Source: Camelus ferus
Taxonomy: Eukaryota
Direction: 5' to 3'
DNA length: 64,000 bases
NCBI RefSeq assembly: GCF_009834535.1
Contig: NC_045697.1
Location: 93,622,001-93,686,000, forward strand
This document shows positions 13,540-23,299 of the stretch, piece after piece. The notes under the pieces are model-generated. The model saw nothing but the letters and a program-made list of their open reading frames with translations. It was not told the origin of the DNA and made no database searches. The stretch's first letter is position 1, and each line of letters starts with the position of its first letter. Made by a program: the position numbers and the translations under genes.

Positions 13540-14132
13540 GAGATTGGTAGATAATGCCTACTGTTCCCACCCTCCCATACCCCACCAAAGATGTCTATGT
13601 CCTAATCTCTAGAACCTGAGAACAAGTTATATTACATTACAAAAGGGACTTTTCAGATTTTCCAGTATTTTCTTGAATTATTGTGGTGGGCTCAATATAA
13701 TCTTATGGGTCCTTAATAGTAGAAGAGAGAGGCAGAAGTATAAGGCAGAGAGATACACAGAAAGAAGGTTAGCAGGTATTTAAAAAGTAGAGGGGCTTAC
13801 TCCACTGTTGCTTCCTTTGAAAATGAAGACAGCCATGAGCCAGGGAGTGCACACTGTCTCTACAAACTGAGAATGACCCTCAATCAAAAGCTAGCAAGCA
13901 AACGAGGACCTCAGTCCTGCCACCTGAATTCGGCCAACAACCTGAATGAGTCTGGAAGTGAATTCACCCTCAGGTCAACCCTGCTGATAATTTCATTTCA
14001 AACTTGTGAAATAAAAAGTAGAGATACCAGCCAAGCCCACAAAACTTCCAACCTCTAAGATAATAAATTTGTGTTATATTAAGCCTCTAAATTTGCAGCA
14101 AATTGTTATGGTCACAGTAAACAACTTATACA
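13540..14132 (+). mobile_element. MaLR solo LTR (MLT1D/E-like)
   Basis: CCAAAGATGTCTATGTCCTAATCTCTAGAACCTG...AAAAGGGACTTT...GGACCTCAGTCC...AATAAATTTGTGTTATATTAAGCC...ACTTATACA. Confidence 0.85.
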
Positions 14133-14139
14133 TAAGTCC

Positions 14140-14273
14140 TTTTTTTTTAACATTTTTTATTGATTTATAATCATTTTACAATGTTGTGTCAAATTCCAGT
14201 GTTCAGCACAATTTTTCAGTTATTCATGGACATACACACACTCATTGTCGCATTTTTTTCTCTGTGAGTTATC
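14140..14273 (-). mobile_element. Severely 5'-truncated young L1 (134-bp 3' terminus with poly-A)
   Basis: Close reverse-complement match to 18310-18440, the 3' end of the young L1 in this window. Confidence 0.92.
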
Positions 14274-14883
14274 CCTCCTATCCACCTACATTCAAAACGT
14301 AATATACTATTATCTCCCACCTACCAACTGCCAGTCTTCCACCCCTTCATTCATTTAATATTCATCCTTACATATGATCTCTTTCAAAATAGGTTTTTAT
14401 GCTATTTAAGAAGGTAGATCAAAATGATAAGATATTAAGCAAATTATATTAACTATATTAAATTTACCAAAAATAGAAGTAATTTACAACAGATTGGAAA
14501 AGTGCTATGTATGTGTTGAAAGTTTAGTTAAGAATGTTAACGAATAAAATGTAAAGGTATAAGAAATTTTCTGCCTTAACAGATACTTAAAAATATTAAG
14601 TAGAAATCAGATAGACAGTAACCATTTTTAAATGATAGTAACAACAGTCAAGAACATATGTTACTGTCTATTACTTCTATTTTTGGTAAATTTAATATAG
14701 TTAATATAATTTGCTTAATATCTTATCATTTTGATCTACCTTCTTAAATAGCATAAAAACCTATTTTGAAAGAGATCATATGTAAGGATGAATATTAAAT
14801 GAATGAAGGGGTGGAAGACTGGCAGTTGGTAGGTGGGAGATAATAGTATATTACGTTTTGAATGTAGGTGGATAGGAGGGATA
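14270..14883. repeat. Perfect 214-bp inverted repeat (arms 14270-14483 and 14670-14883, 186-bp spacer)
   Basis: Base-by-base comparison found no mismatch or indel between the left arm and the reverse complement of the right arm. Confidence 0.97.
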
Positions 14884-15589
14884 CATAATTAGTGATTAAA
14901 AACAAGAAGTCTACATTAAAATTTTATTGGCTCCAGTGACAGAAACCACGGAAAAGAGAACATTTATTGAAAGATATATCAAATGAAATCATTTAAAAAT
15001 TTTTTCTCTTTTAATTGTAGTAATAGAGAGAGTTTTGGAATCGGAGTTGGGAACTTGGATTTCAATACCACCCTATTCAGGTGTAAGTCTTAGGTCATTT
15101 TGTTTCATATGAAAAAGACAGGCTGCTTGTACATTAACTTTAACAAATCTGTTATTATTTTTGCCTGAAGGCCTTCATATTTTTAAGCATGTTGTGTGCC
15201 AAATTAACAATTTTGGCAAAGAAATTTTTATATAGTAACTGACAACAAGAAAATAGAAGTGTTGCTCTACTCATGCACATGTCTCATTGGGAAACCAGTG
15301 TGTGACCAAGGAAAGCTTTTTGTTCTGGTTTTTTGTTTGTTTGTTTTGTTTTTTTAATTTGCTTGCTTCATTGGGCTTTTATATGAAATGACTGGTATTC
15401 CTACAACTTATTCCAACCAGGATAATTACTTTTGTTTCACAGTATGAGGGTATTTTGACCCTACTTCTATATTGTGAGATTATGATTATACCAAGGAATG
15501 TCATTGTTTTTCTGTAGGAATTTTCTGGGTTATTGTGTATGTTTTCCACTACCAAAATTAAAAAATAACTAATAATTAAAGTAAACTTA

Positions 15590-15805
15590 ATAATGGTTTA
15601 TAAAAAATTAACTCTATATATACCACGCACTATTCTAAATATTGTAACATGTATTGATTTGTTTATTCTCTTCCCTGCTGAAAGATATCATTATAATTCT
15701 TACCTTAATGATAAAGAAAATGAGATTTAGTGACAATGGGTAGCTTATTTAAACTCAGAGTTAACCAGGAATGGGGTCTGAATTGGAAGCCTAGCACTCT
15801 AATTA
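15590..15805 (-). mobile_element. MIR SINE
   Basis: CACGCACTATTCTAAATATTG...AATGATAAAGAAAATGAGATTTAGTG. Confidence 0.55.
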
Positions 15806-15994
15806 TTGGATAAGGTTATTACCCAGTGAGCAAACTAGTCCTGAGTGTTACACATAAAACCCTTTTCTGATATTTTATTTTAGTTCCAGTATCTGGCCAT
15901 TTATCCACTCCAGTGGACTAGAATAAAGGCGATTATTCAGGGAAAAAAAATCTAATACTCTGAACAAACACCAGGAAATTTCTTTTACTTTTTC

Positions 15995-16190
15995 AAACAG
16001 TGGTTCTGCAACTTATTAATCATCAGATTTAGTAGAGATCAAGAAGCTTGCTAAAAATAAGAAGCTAAATAATTTAATAAGTCAGTTTAAAAATGAGAAA
16101 TTCTGGCCCCACTCTGAAGCTCCAGAAGCAAATTCCAGCCCTGAAAAAGAAGCTATCCATATTTTTTTAACAAACACTTCAGGAGTCAAT
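15995..16190. mobile_element. MER5-like hAT DNA transposon fragment
   Basis: CAGTGGTTCT...CATCAGA...TTCTGGCCCCACTC...TTTTTAACAAACACTTCAGG. Confidence 0.5.
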
Positions 16191-16497
16191 AGCAGGGATA
16201 AAATCTGCTGGTAGATGTCTTTATAATTCCCATTAAGGCTATATCCTAAATGAACATATGTTGTGCAGTCTTATGAAATTAGCATAGAAATTAGAATTTT
16301 TCTCAATGAAATTATATCATTTCCATACTGATTTGAATGTTGCACCACTGGAAGTTTAATCAGTACTTCTTGGAATGAGTATGTTGGGAATTATCTTGTA
16401 GACCTAAAGTATCATGTTCCATTTTTCCAACAAATACAATTATAACATTTGGTCTTGAAACTGAATCCTACTGAGTGTTAGTGGAAGATACAGCATC

Positions 16498-18994
16498 AAG
16501 ATAAGAAAAAAATTAACGTTCAAAAATCAGTTGCATTTCTTTACACTAACGATAAATCAACAGAAGAAGAAAGTAAAGAAACAATCCCCTTTAAAATAGC
16601 ACCCAAAGTAATAAAATATCTGGGAATAAATCTAACCAAGGAGGTGAAAGAATTATACACAGAAAACTATAAACCATTGATGAAGGAAATTAAAGAAGAC
16701 TTTAAAAAATGGAAAGATATTCCATGCTCTTGGATTGGAAGAATCAATATAGTTAAAATGGTCACACTGCCCAAGGCAATCTACAGATTTAATGCAATCC
16801 CTATCCAATTACCCAGGACATATTTCACAGAACTAGAAAAAATCATAATAAAATTCATATGGAACCATCAAAGACCTAGAATTGCCAAAGCATTACTGAA
16901 GAGAAAGAAAGAGGCTGGAGGAATAACTCTCCCAGACTTCAGACAATACTATAGAGCTACAGTCATCAAGACAGCATGGTATTGGTACAAAAACAGACAT
17001 ATAGACCAATGGAACAGAATAGAGAGCCCAGAAATGAACCCACAAACTTTTGGTCAACTCATCTTTGACAAAGGAGGCAAGAATATACATTGGAATAAAG
17101 ACAGTCTCTTCAGCAAATGGTGTTGGGAAAACTGGACAGCAGCATGTAAAACAATGAAGCTAGAACACTCCCTTACACCATGTACAAAAATCAACTCAAA
17201 ATGGATTAAAGACTTAAACATAAGACAAGATACAATAAACCTCCTAGAGGAAAACATAGGCAAAACATTATCTGACATACATCTCAGGAATTTTCTCCTA
17301 GAAGAAATAAAAGCAAGAATAAACAAATGGGACCTAATGAAACTTACAAGCTTCTGCACAGCAAAGGAAACCAGAAATAAAACAAGAAGAAAACCTACGG
17401 AATGGGAGAAAATTTTTGCAAGTGAAACCGACAAAGGCTTGATCTCCAGAATATATAAGCAGCTCATACGACTTAATAAGAAAAAAATAAACAACCCAAT
17501 CCAAAAATGGGCAGAAGACCTAAACAAGCAATTCTCCAAGGAAGACATACAAATGATCAAAAAGCACATGAAAAAATGCTCAATATCACTAATTATCAGA
17601 GAAATACAAATCAAAACTACAATGAGGTATCACCTCACACCAGTCAGAATGGCCGTCATTCAAAAATCCACAAATGACAAATGCTGGAGAGGCTGTGGAG
17701 AAAGGGGAACCCTCCTACACTGCTGGTGGGAATGCAGTTTGGTGCAGCCACTATGGAAAACAGTGTGGAGATTCCTCAAAAGACTAGGAATAGACTTACT
17801 GTATGACCCAGGAATCCCACTCCTGGGCTTGTATCCAGAAGGAAATCTACTTCAGGATGACACCTGCACCCCAATGTTCATAGCAGCACTATTTACAATA
17901 GCCAAAACATGGAAACAGCCTAAATGTCCATCAACAGGTGACTGGATAAAGAAGAGGTGGTATATTTATACAATGGAATACTGCTCAGCCATAAAAACTG
18001 ACAACATAATGCCATTTGCAGCAACATGGATGCTCCTGGAGAATGTCATTCTAAATGAAGTAAGCCAGAAAGAGAAAGAAAAATACCATATGAGATCGCA
18101 CATATGTGGAATCAAAAAAACAAAAACAAAAACAAACAAACAAAAACAAAGCGTAAATACAGGACAGAAATAGACTCACAGACAGAGAATACAGACTTGT
18201 GGTTACCGGGGGGTGGAGGGTGGGAAGGGATAGCCTGGGATTTCAAAATTGTAGAATAGATAAACAAGATTACACTGTATAGCACAGGGAAATATACACA
18301 AAATGTTATGATAACTCACAGAGAAAAAAATGTGACAATGAGTGTGTATATGTCGATGAATGAATGAAAAATTGTGCTGAACACTGGAATTTGACACATT
18401 GTAAAATGATTATAAATCAATAAAAAAAATGTTAAAAAAAAAAAAAAGAAAAGAAAAACAGCAAGATGAAAAGGATGTATGGAAAACAACAGCAGGACCA
18501 CGACAATGTCCCCGACGAGACAAAACGTGGAGAGGGAAGGGCAGGAGCCAGAGCCCCGCTCATGGTCTGCACCCTGTCTCTCCTCTAGGGGAATGAAGTC
18601 ATGGCTGATGTCACCGCCGCTGAGTCACACGCCCACCAAAGGAGAGGTGGAGGAGCCCCCGCCCGATGTTCAGTCCCACCCTCCTGGACCAGAGGGGTTA
18701 CCTCCCTGCCTTCTGCTCTGGGACACTGTCTGCCTAGCCTGGTCCTGATATGACTGAAATGAGGAGAGCTTCTCCTTGTGCCCAGGGAGGACACTGCAGC
18801 CACAGGGGCATGCCAAGAGCATTGCCACTGAGTCCTCAGGTCCAAACCCTTGAGATGGGACAGGAAGTACAGATGTGAGAAATCTTCTGGTTCTTTTCTG
18901 ATTGGGGCTAGGGCTCTATCCCATGATGTCCAAAAAGGCAATTCCCATAATAAACAGCACTGAATACAAAAAAAAAAAAAAAAAAGATAAGAAA
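16498..18994 (+). mobile_element. Young 5'-truncated L1 with 3' transduction, flanked by 11-bp TSD AAGATAAGAAA
   Basis: TSD at 16498-16508 and 18984-18994; L1 body 16509-18433; poly-A 18434-18447; unique GC-richer segment 18448-18967; AATAAA at 18949-18954; second poly-A 18968-18985. Confidence 0.95.
16509..18173 (+). CDS. L1 ORF2p C-terminal portion (end of RT, thumb/wrist and CCHC domain); 5'-truncated, no native start
   Basis: Open frame from [14 protein letters not shown] through [34 protein letters not shown] and [18 protein letters not shown]. Confidence 0.95.
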   Translation, partial: KINVQKSVAFLYTNDKSTEEESKETIPFKIAPKVIKYLGINLTKEVKELYTENYKPLMKEIKEDFKKWKDIPCSWIGRINIVKMVTLPKAIYRFNAIPIQLPRTYFTELEKIIIKFIWNHQRPRIAKALLKRKKEAGGITLPDFRQYYRATVIKTAWYWYKNRHIDQWNRIESPEMNPQTFGQLIFDKGGKNIHWNKDSLFSKWCWENWTAACKTMKLEHSLTPCTKINSKWIKDLNIRQDTINLLEENIGKTLSDIHLRNFLLEEIKARINKWDLMKLTSFCTAKETRNKTRRKPTEWEKIFASETDKGLISRIYKQLIRLNKKKINNPIQKWAEDLNKQFSKEDIQMIKKHMKKCSISLIIREIQIKTTMRYHLTPVRMAVIQKSTNDKCWRGCGERGTLLHCWWECSLVQPLWKTVWRFLKRLGIDLLYDPGIPLLGLYPEGNLLQDDTCTPMFIAALFTIAKTWKQPKCPSTGDWIKKRWYIYTMEYCSAIKTDNIMPFAATWMLLENVILNEVSQKEKEKYHMRSHICGIKKTKTKTNKQKQSVNTGQK

Positions 18995-19596
18995 GAAATA
19001 CAGATTTATTTTTTTCCTCACATCTACAGAAAAACAAATACAATTTTAGATACAATTCTACATGATTTAAACATCCCTACAAATGCTTTTTCTAATGAAG
19101 GAGTTTTGCAGGATATAGGTCTTGGAGTACCATAAAATGATATTTAATCTCTAAAATCTGTGTGATTTCTTTTAATGATTTATTTAAGTTATGTATGACC
19201 TGTGTCAATATTTAAAGTAAACTCTGTTTCCTCTAGAATATGCATATTTTAGTGTTTTTGTATTAAATCGTAAGAACATTGTCATTCTCTGTTTTATGAT
19301 GTGCATGAAGATAAGAAGCCTATGCTAGACTTCATATTTTTAAATAATCTTGAAGATGTTAGCTCTTATAAATAAACATTTTTAATAACTTTACATTAGG
19401 GATTCTACTTACACAAAGTATCCACTAATGTAATAGAGTAATTTCTTATTTAACTTTATATTTTATAAATATATGTAGTAAACCAATAAATTATCTTGGC
19501 TAAATTTTTAAAACCTTCAGATTATCCATATTTCAGTACCTACTCTTGAAAAAATAAAACAGAACAAAACACAGAAATCAAAAAGGAGGAGCTTAC

Positions 19597-19852
19597 TTGT
19601 GTGTCCACAGTAGTTTTATTAAACATTTCATGTCTGTATAATTTTTGACATAAAAAAGGCAAGAATATGTGGGGTTTGCACCTTTGTAAATGTGAGACCA
19701 TGAAATGATTATTTCTGACAGGAGCTCCAGTGAGGGAAAGACAGCTTGACAGATACATGGAGATTTAACTATAGCCCTGAGCAAGTTCTGAAGAATAAGT
19801 GATACCATTTTTGGTTCTCTGTTACAAAGGAGTACTACAGAAACTGAATTAC
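19597..19852 (-). pseudogene. Pseudo-exon, 256 nt, still open
   Basis: ctcattacag| ... CAA|gtaagc; phase 1 to 2; GNSVSVVLLCNREPKMVSLILQNLLRAIVKSPCICQAVFPSLELLSEIIISWSHIYKGANPTYSCLFYVKNYTDMKCLIKLLWTH. Confidence 0.75.
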
Positions 19853-20072
19853 CTGTAATGAGCTAAATTTTATTAAGTAATATGTTAAATAAGCTGTTGA
19901 AATTAGTGTATGTTTGAAATATTTTTTAGTATGGATTTTACAATGCTGTGAAATCTCCCTGTTTTTTAATCATATGTTTTAAAATTAATGAAAATACAGA
20001 AACTCTCCTTTTCCTAACCTTTGTTGAATTTACATTTCTAATGACACTGTTAGATGAAACAGCCCAACTCAC

Positions 20073-20415
20073 CCCAGGCTATAGAAATTAACATAGGGTA
20101 GGTCAGTATGAAACTGTGAATACATATGTTGCTGCCATTTCTGATAATGTGCTCTTCATTTTGTGCTAAATTTTGCTCAGTGGCTTTGAAAATGACAAGT
20201 GACAGAAAAAGATGTCTCTCATAATACTTCATTGGGAATTATGTTTTATAAATAAATATGGTATCATTGCTGATTTTCCATAAGTTGGCAACTACTGGCT
20301 TCTGTGTGTGTTTATAACATGAATTCTTGAATTCATTCTTCAATAAGTAGGTCTTCTCTAAACAAGGTAAGAGACTTCTCCAAACCACATTACTTTTCTT
20401 GGTAAACATACACAT
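20073..20415 (-). pseudogene. Pseudo-exon, 343 nt, one in-frame stop
   Basis: ttcttctcttttcatttttgtgaag| ... GGG|gtgagt; phase 0 to 1. The listed ORFs 20239-20421 and 20050-20232 are the same frame, separated by a single TAA (20239-20241). Confidence 0.75.
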
Positions 20416-20579
20416 CTTCACAAAAATGAAAAGAGAAGAAACTCAATCTGGGGAAGCCAAATATTTTATAGAGAAAGAAACAGTGTGAATGTCTTGTCGG
20501 TTTATTAGTTTTGACGTTGGAAAGCAAACAAAGAGTTACTCTCTAAAGGCTTTATTAATGAGAAAATGTCCCCTGCAAT

Positions 20580-21310
20580 CACATCACTACCAGTGGTAGC
20601 TCACCAGCCAGAAACTTCAGCATCATAGTTGGCTCCTTTTATCTCTCCAATGCTGCCAATAAATCAAGAAATTCTATCAGTTTTACATATTAAACCCTGT
20701 GAAATCATTGATGTTAAACTGTATCCAGCACACAGCAACTTCAAGGGTTCAGATCTCTTCGGTTCTCTTCATCCCATTACTGCTGTTCTGGTGATTTGTA
20801 TTAAAACCCTCCCTCCCCTGATTATTGAAATAACATCTATCCTAATGGTCTCAGTACAGCTTCTCTGGTATTGCAGTATAGACTGGTGTAATACAATCTA
20901 TCTCGATGATTTGTATTGCAGTCAGATAGTCCTTTTAAGGGTAAAGATCAAGCTCACTGTCATGTCCTACATGACTATTAAAACAACCTGGTCCCTGATT
21001 GTTTCAGCCTCCATGTTAACTTCAGCAACCAGAACCTTTCTCTTAACTAATTACTATTAATTTTCCAAGTCTTAGTTTAAAAGTGATTTCCTCCAGGAAA
21101 TCCCTGACCCCTTAATTCTGACTCAGGTACACCATTCACCTTGGGATCAATAGTTCTGACTGTAGCAAGTATAACACTGAGCTGACTATTGAGTTTACCA
21201 GTATCCCCTCAATGATAATAATTTTATGAGGGTCATGGCTTAAAAAAATTTCACCATTACAGCCCCTTATACTTGTTGACATGTAATAGGCAGTTAGTAA
21301 ACAGTACTCT
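20580..21310 (+). mobile_element. L2 LINE fragments
   Basis: CAGCCAGAAACTTCAGCATCAT..., TTTCCTCCAGGAAATCCCTGACCCC, terminal ACATGTAATAGGCAGTTAGTAAA. Confidence 0.6.
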
Positions 21311-22172
21311 ATTGCAATCGATACTTTCGTTTCCAATAAAAGCTTTTAAGAAAAGTCTAAAAATGTCTATACAAAATAAATCCAAATATTTGAAAACCTC
21401 CGAAGAATCCAATATATATTGCTATATGCACTGTAATTGTATCTTTAAACAAATACTTATGTATCATCTGCTATATTATAGATTCTCTTCTCTGCACTTA
21501 GGAGACAGAGTTGAATCTGTGTTTTTCCCTCATGGAATTTATATTTCAGTGGGGTTGAGTGGGGAGAGGGAGTTGAAGAAATATTCTGGATCTGGACTCC
21601 ATGGCTTCTTTAGGTTAGTACGTGAGTTTCTATAATATTAGATTTAACAGTAACAGTTCTATATTCACACTCCTATTCCTTTCTGTCTCTAGAGGCTGGC
21701 AGAAGGGTGGAGGAAAGGATTGAGAAAGTCTACAGTGCGAGAGGAGCCAGATAAAATTATCATCATTCCCTGGCCTATGTGTCTAGGGTGTTCTTTTAGT
21801 GAACGTCTAGTTCTTTGAATCTCTTATCTTGGTTTTTTTCCTGGTCTGATATTACCTATCGCCAAAGAGCTTGATCCTTCAGGTACATAAATTACATGCC
21901 TTAGAGTTTTGTGCTCTTAAGTCAGTCCTACTGTTCATTACACAGTCACTCAGAAGATCAGAGATTCTGTTTGTTAGAATTTCAGTTTTTTCCTCTGACT
22001 ATAAAAGTCACTGCTTGTAAACAATTGGGGAATTAAAAAATATTGGTACATATTCATTAAAATGCTGCTACTCAAAGGAAAAATGAGACTTGGCATGTTC
22101 CTTTTTTTCCCACCTATAAAGGTTGGAAAATAAACACAGTAAATATATTTCATTATGCAGTTGGTATCTTAC

Positions 22173-22300
22173 CCATCCACGTGGGAATGGCAAAACGTAA
22201 ACTGTCCCACATCGTCTGCACACTTTACAGAGGCAGCTCGCAAATTGGTGAACTTGGTGTCCATGTTGATGTCCATCAGTGTGTAAAAAAGTGATTGCCT
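22173..22300 (-). pseudogene. Pseudo-exon, 128 nt
   Basis: ctttggtcttttaaatctag| ... TGG|gtaaga; phase 1 to 0; (K)AITFLHTDGHQHGHQVHQFASCLCKVCRRCGTVYVLPFPRGW. Confidence 0.75.
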
Positions 22301-22396
22301 CTAGATTTAAAAGACCAAAGACTTTTAGTTTAATAATGTGTATTCTTATCATCCTTTGAAAAATAAGATCTGGTAAGACTAAGATCAACTTCTTAC

Positions 22397-22497
22397 TGGC
22401 AACCATCAGCTGGCAACACATCGTTCTCTTCTGATGGGACGTTTTTTCACCAGTTTTCTCCAGTCTCCACAAATTCCCAGTTGTATTATTATCCAAT
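22397..22497 (-). pseudogene. Pseudo-exon (alternative acceptor at 22523)
   Basis: Donor CCA|gtaaga with a 96-nt intron to the next exon; LDNNTTGNLWRLEKTGEKTSHQKRTMCCQLMVA; phase 2 to 1; acceptor is weak. Confidence 0.6.
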
Positions 22498-22663
22498 CTA
22501 TTTCACTTATTTGTGTAATTACTCTATGTTTAATGAGCAGTTATAATTGCTCCATGTTCTACACTCTAATGATATTTTATGCAGTTGTTATTTTTTGAAG
22601 AATAAGCTTAATGCAAAAAATCACACTAACACTAATTTCTTAAGGAAGATAACCTGAATTTAC

Positions 22664-22866
22664 ATGTGAACCAAAATCTCTGGTGTACTTAATGTGCAGA
22701 TTTTTCTGGTATAGTCATAGAAAAAGAGATTAAGTGGGTATGATTGCATTCCAGGAAATTGGTGTTTTTTCAGCCCCTCATTTAAATCCCCCTAACCTAA
22801 TAAATTTGGCCAGATTTCTAGACTTGGTGGAGTAATGATAACAGCAAGGATTTTTTTCAAAATCAT
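22664..22866 (-). pseudogene. Pseudo-exon, 203 nt, one stop
   Basis: ttttctgtattacaatacttttag| ... CAT|gtaaat; phase 0 to 2; MILKKILAVIITPPSLEIWPNLLG*GDLNEGLKKHQFPGMQSYPLNLFFYDYTRKICTLSTPEILVH. Confidence 0.6.
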
Positions 22867-23299
22867 CTAAAAGTATTGTAATACAGAAAATACCCAAAAA
22901 AAAAAAAGGAACATATCCAATTGCATCCTTTATATAGTTAAAATTACTACATGAAAGTAAATTTAACTTATGAAAGACTAGTGCTGAAGTGTTCATTGTT
23001 TATTAGCATTGTGAGAAACTGTTGCAGGATAATACCGTATTCATAATACAGTTTATATATTCAAGGACTGAGCTTAATTTTGTAACTTAAAGCAAGAAAA
23101 CCTGACCAAGAATAGAATGCAACCGATTTTCAAAAAAATCACTTGAGAAAGGCATCAATTTTATTGATTAGATGTGATGCCTAAAATACTTCGGGGAGTC
23201 AGTTTTTATAGTAAAACATATAATTTCTTTCCTTAATGAATATGACTTTCCTTAAGTCGGCTTTAAATTAGTGGGAAATTAGAGAACATGCTTCAGCAA

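Larger units (their letters stand above)
16329..19023 (-). pseudogene. Pseudo-exon of 209 nt split by the L1 insertion (19023-18984 plus 16497-16329)
   Basis: Acceptor ttgtatttgtttttctgtag|, donor TCA|gtatgg. After removing the L1 and one TSD: phase 2 to 1, (K)CEEKNKSVFLSYL^[54 protein letters not shown]. Confidence 0.65.

Noticed and set aside
14270..14883. Inverted repeat as the terminal inverted repeats of a DNA transposon or MITE
   Set aside because: No flanking TSD and no recognisable TIR motif. The left arm is fused by microhomology to a truncated L1, which better explains its origin.
18479..19055. ORFs (89 aa + and 156 aa -) in the GC-rich segment as a processed pseudogene or retrogene
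   Set aside because: The segment is enclosed with the L1 by a single TSD pair and has no recognisable protein; the frames run through poly-A.
22173..22300. Alternative open frame RQSLFYTLMDINMDTKFTNLRAASVKCADDVGQFTFCHSHVD
   Set aside because: Its phases (0 to 2) do not fit either neighbouring exon, whereas the AITFLHTDG frame fits both.
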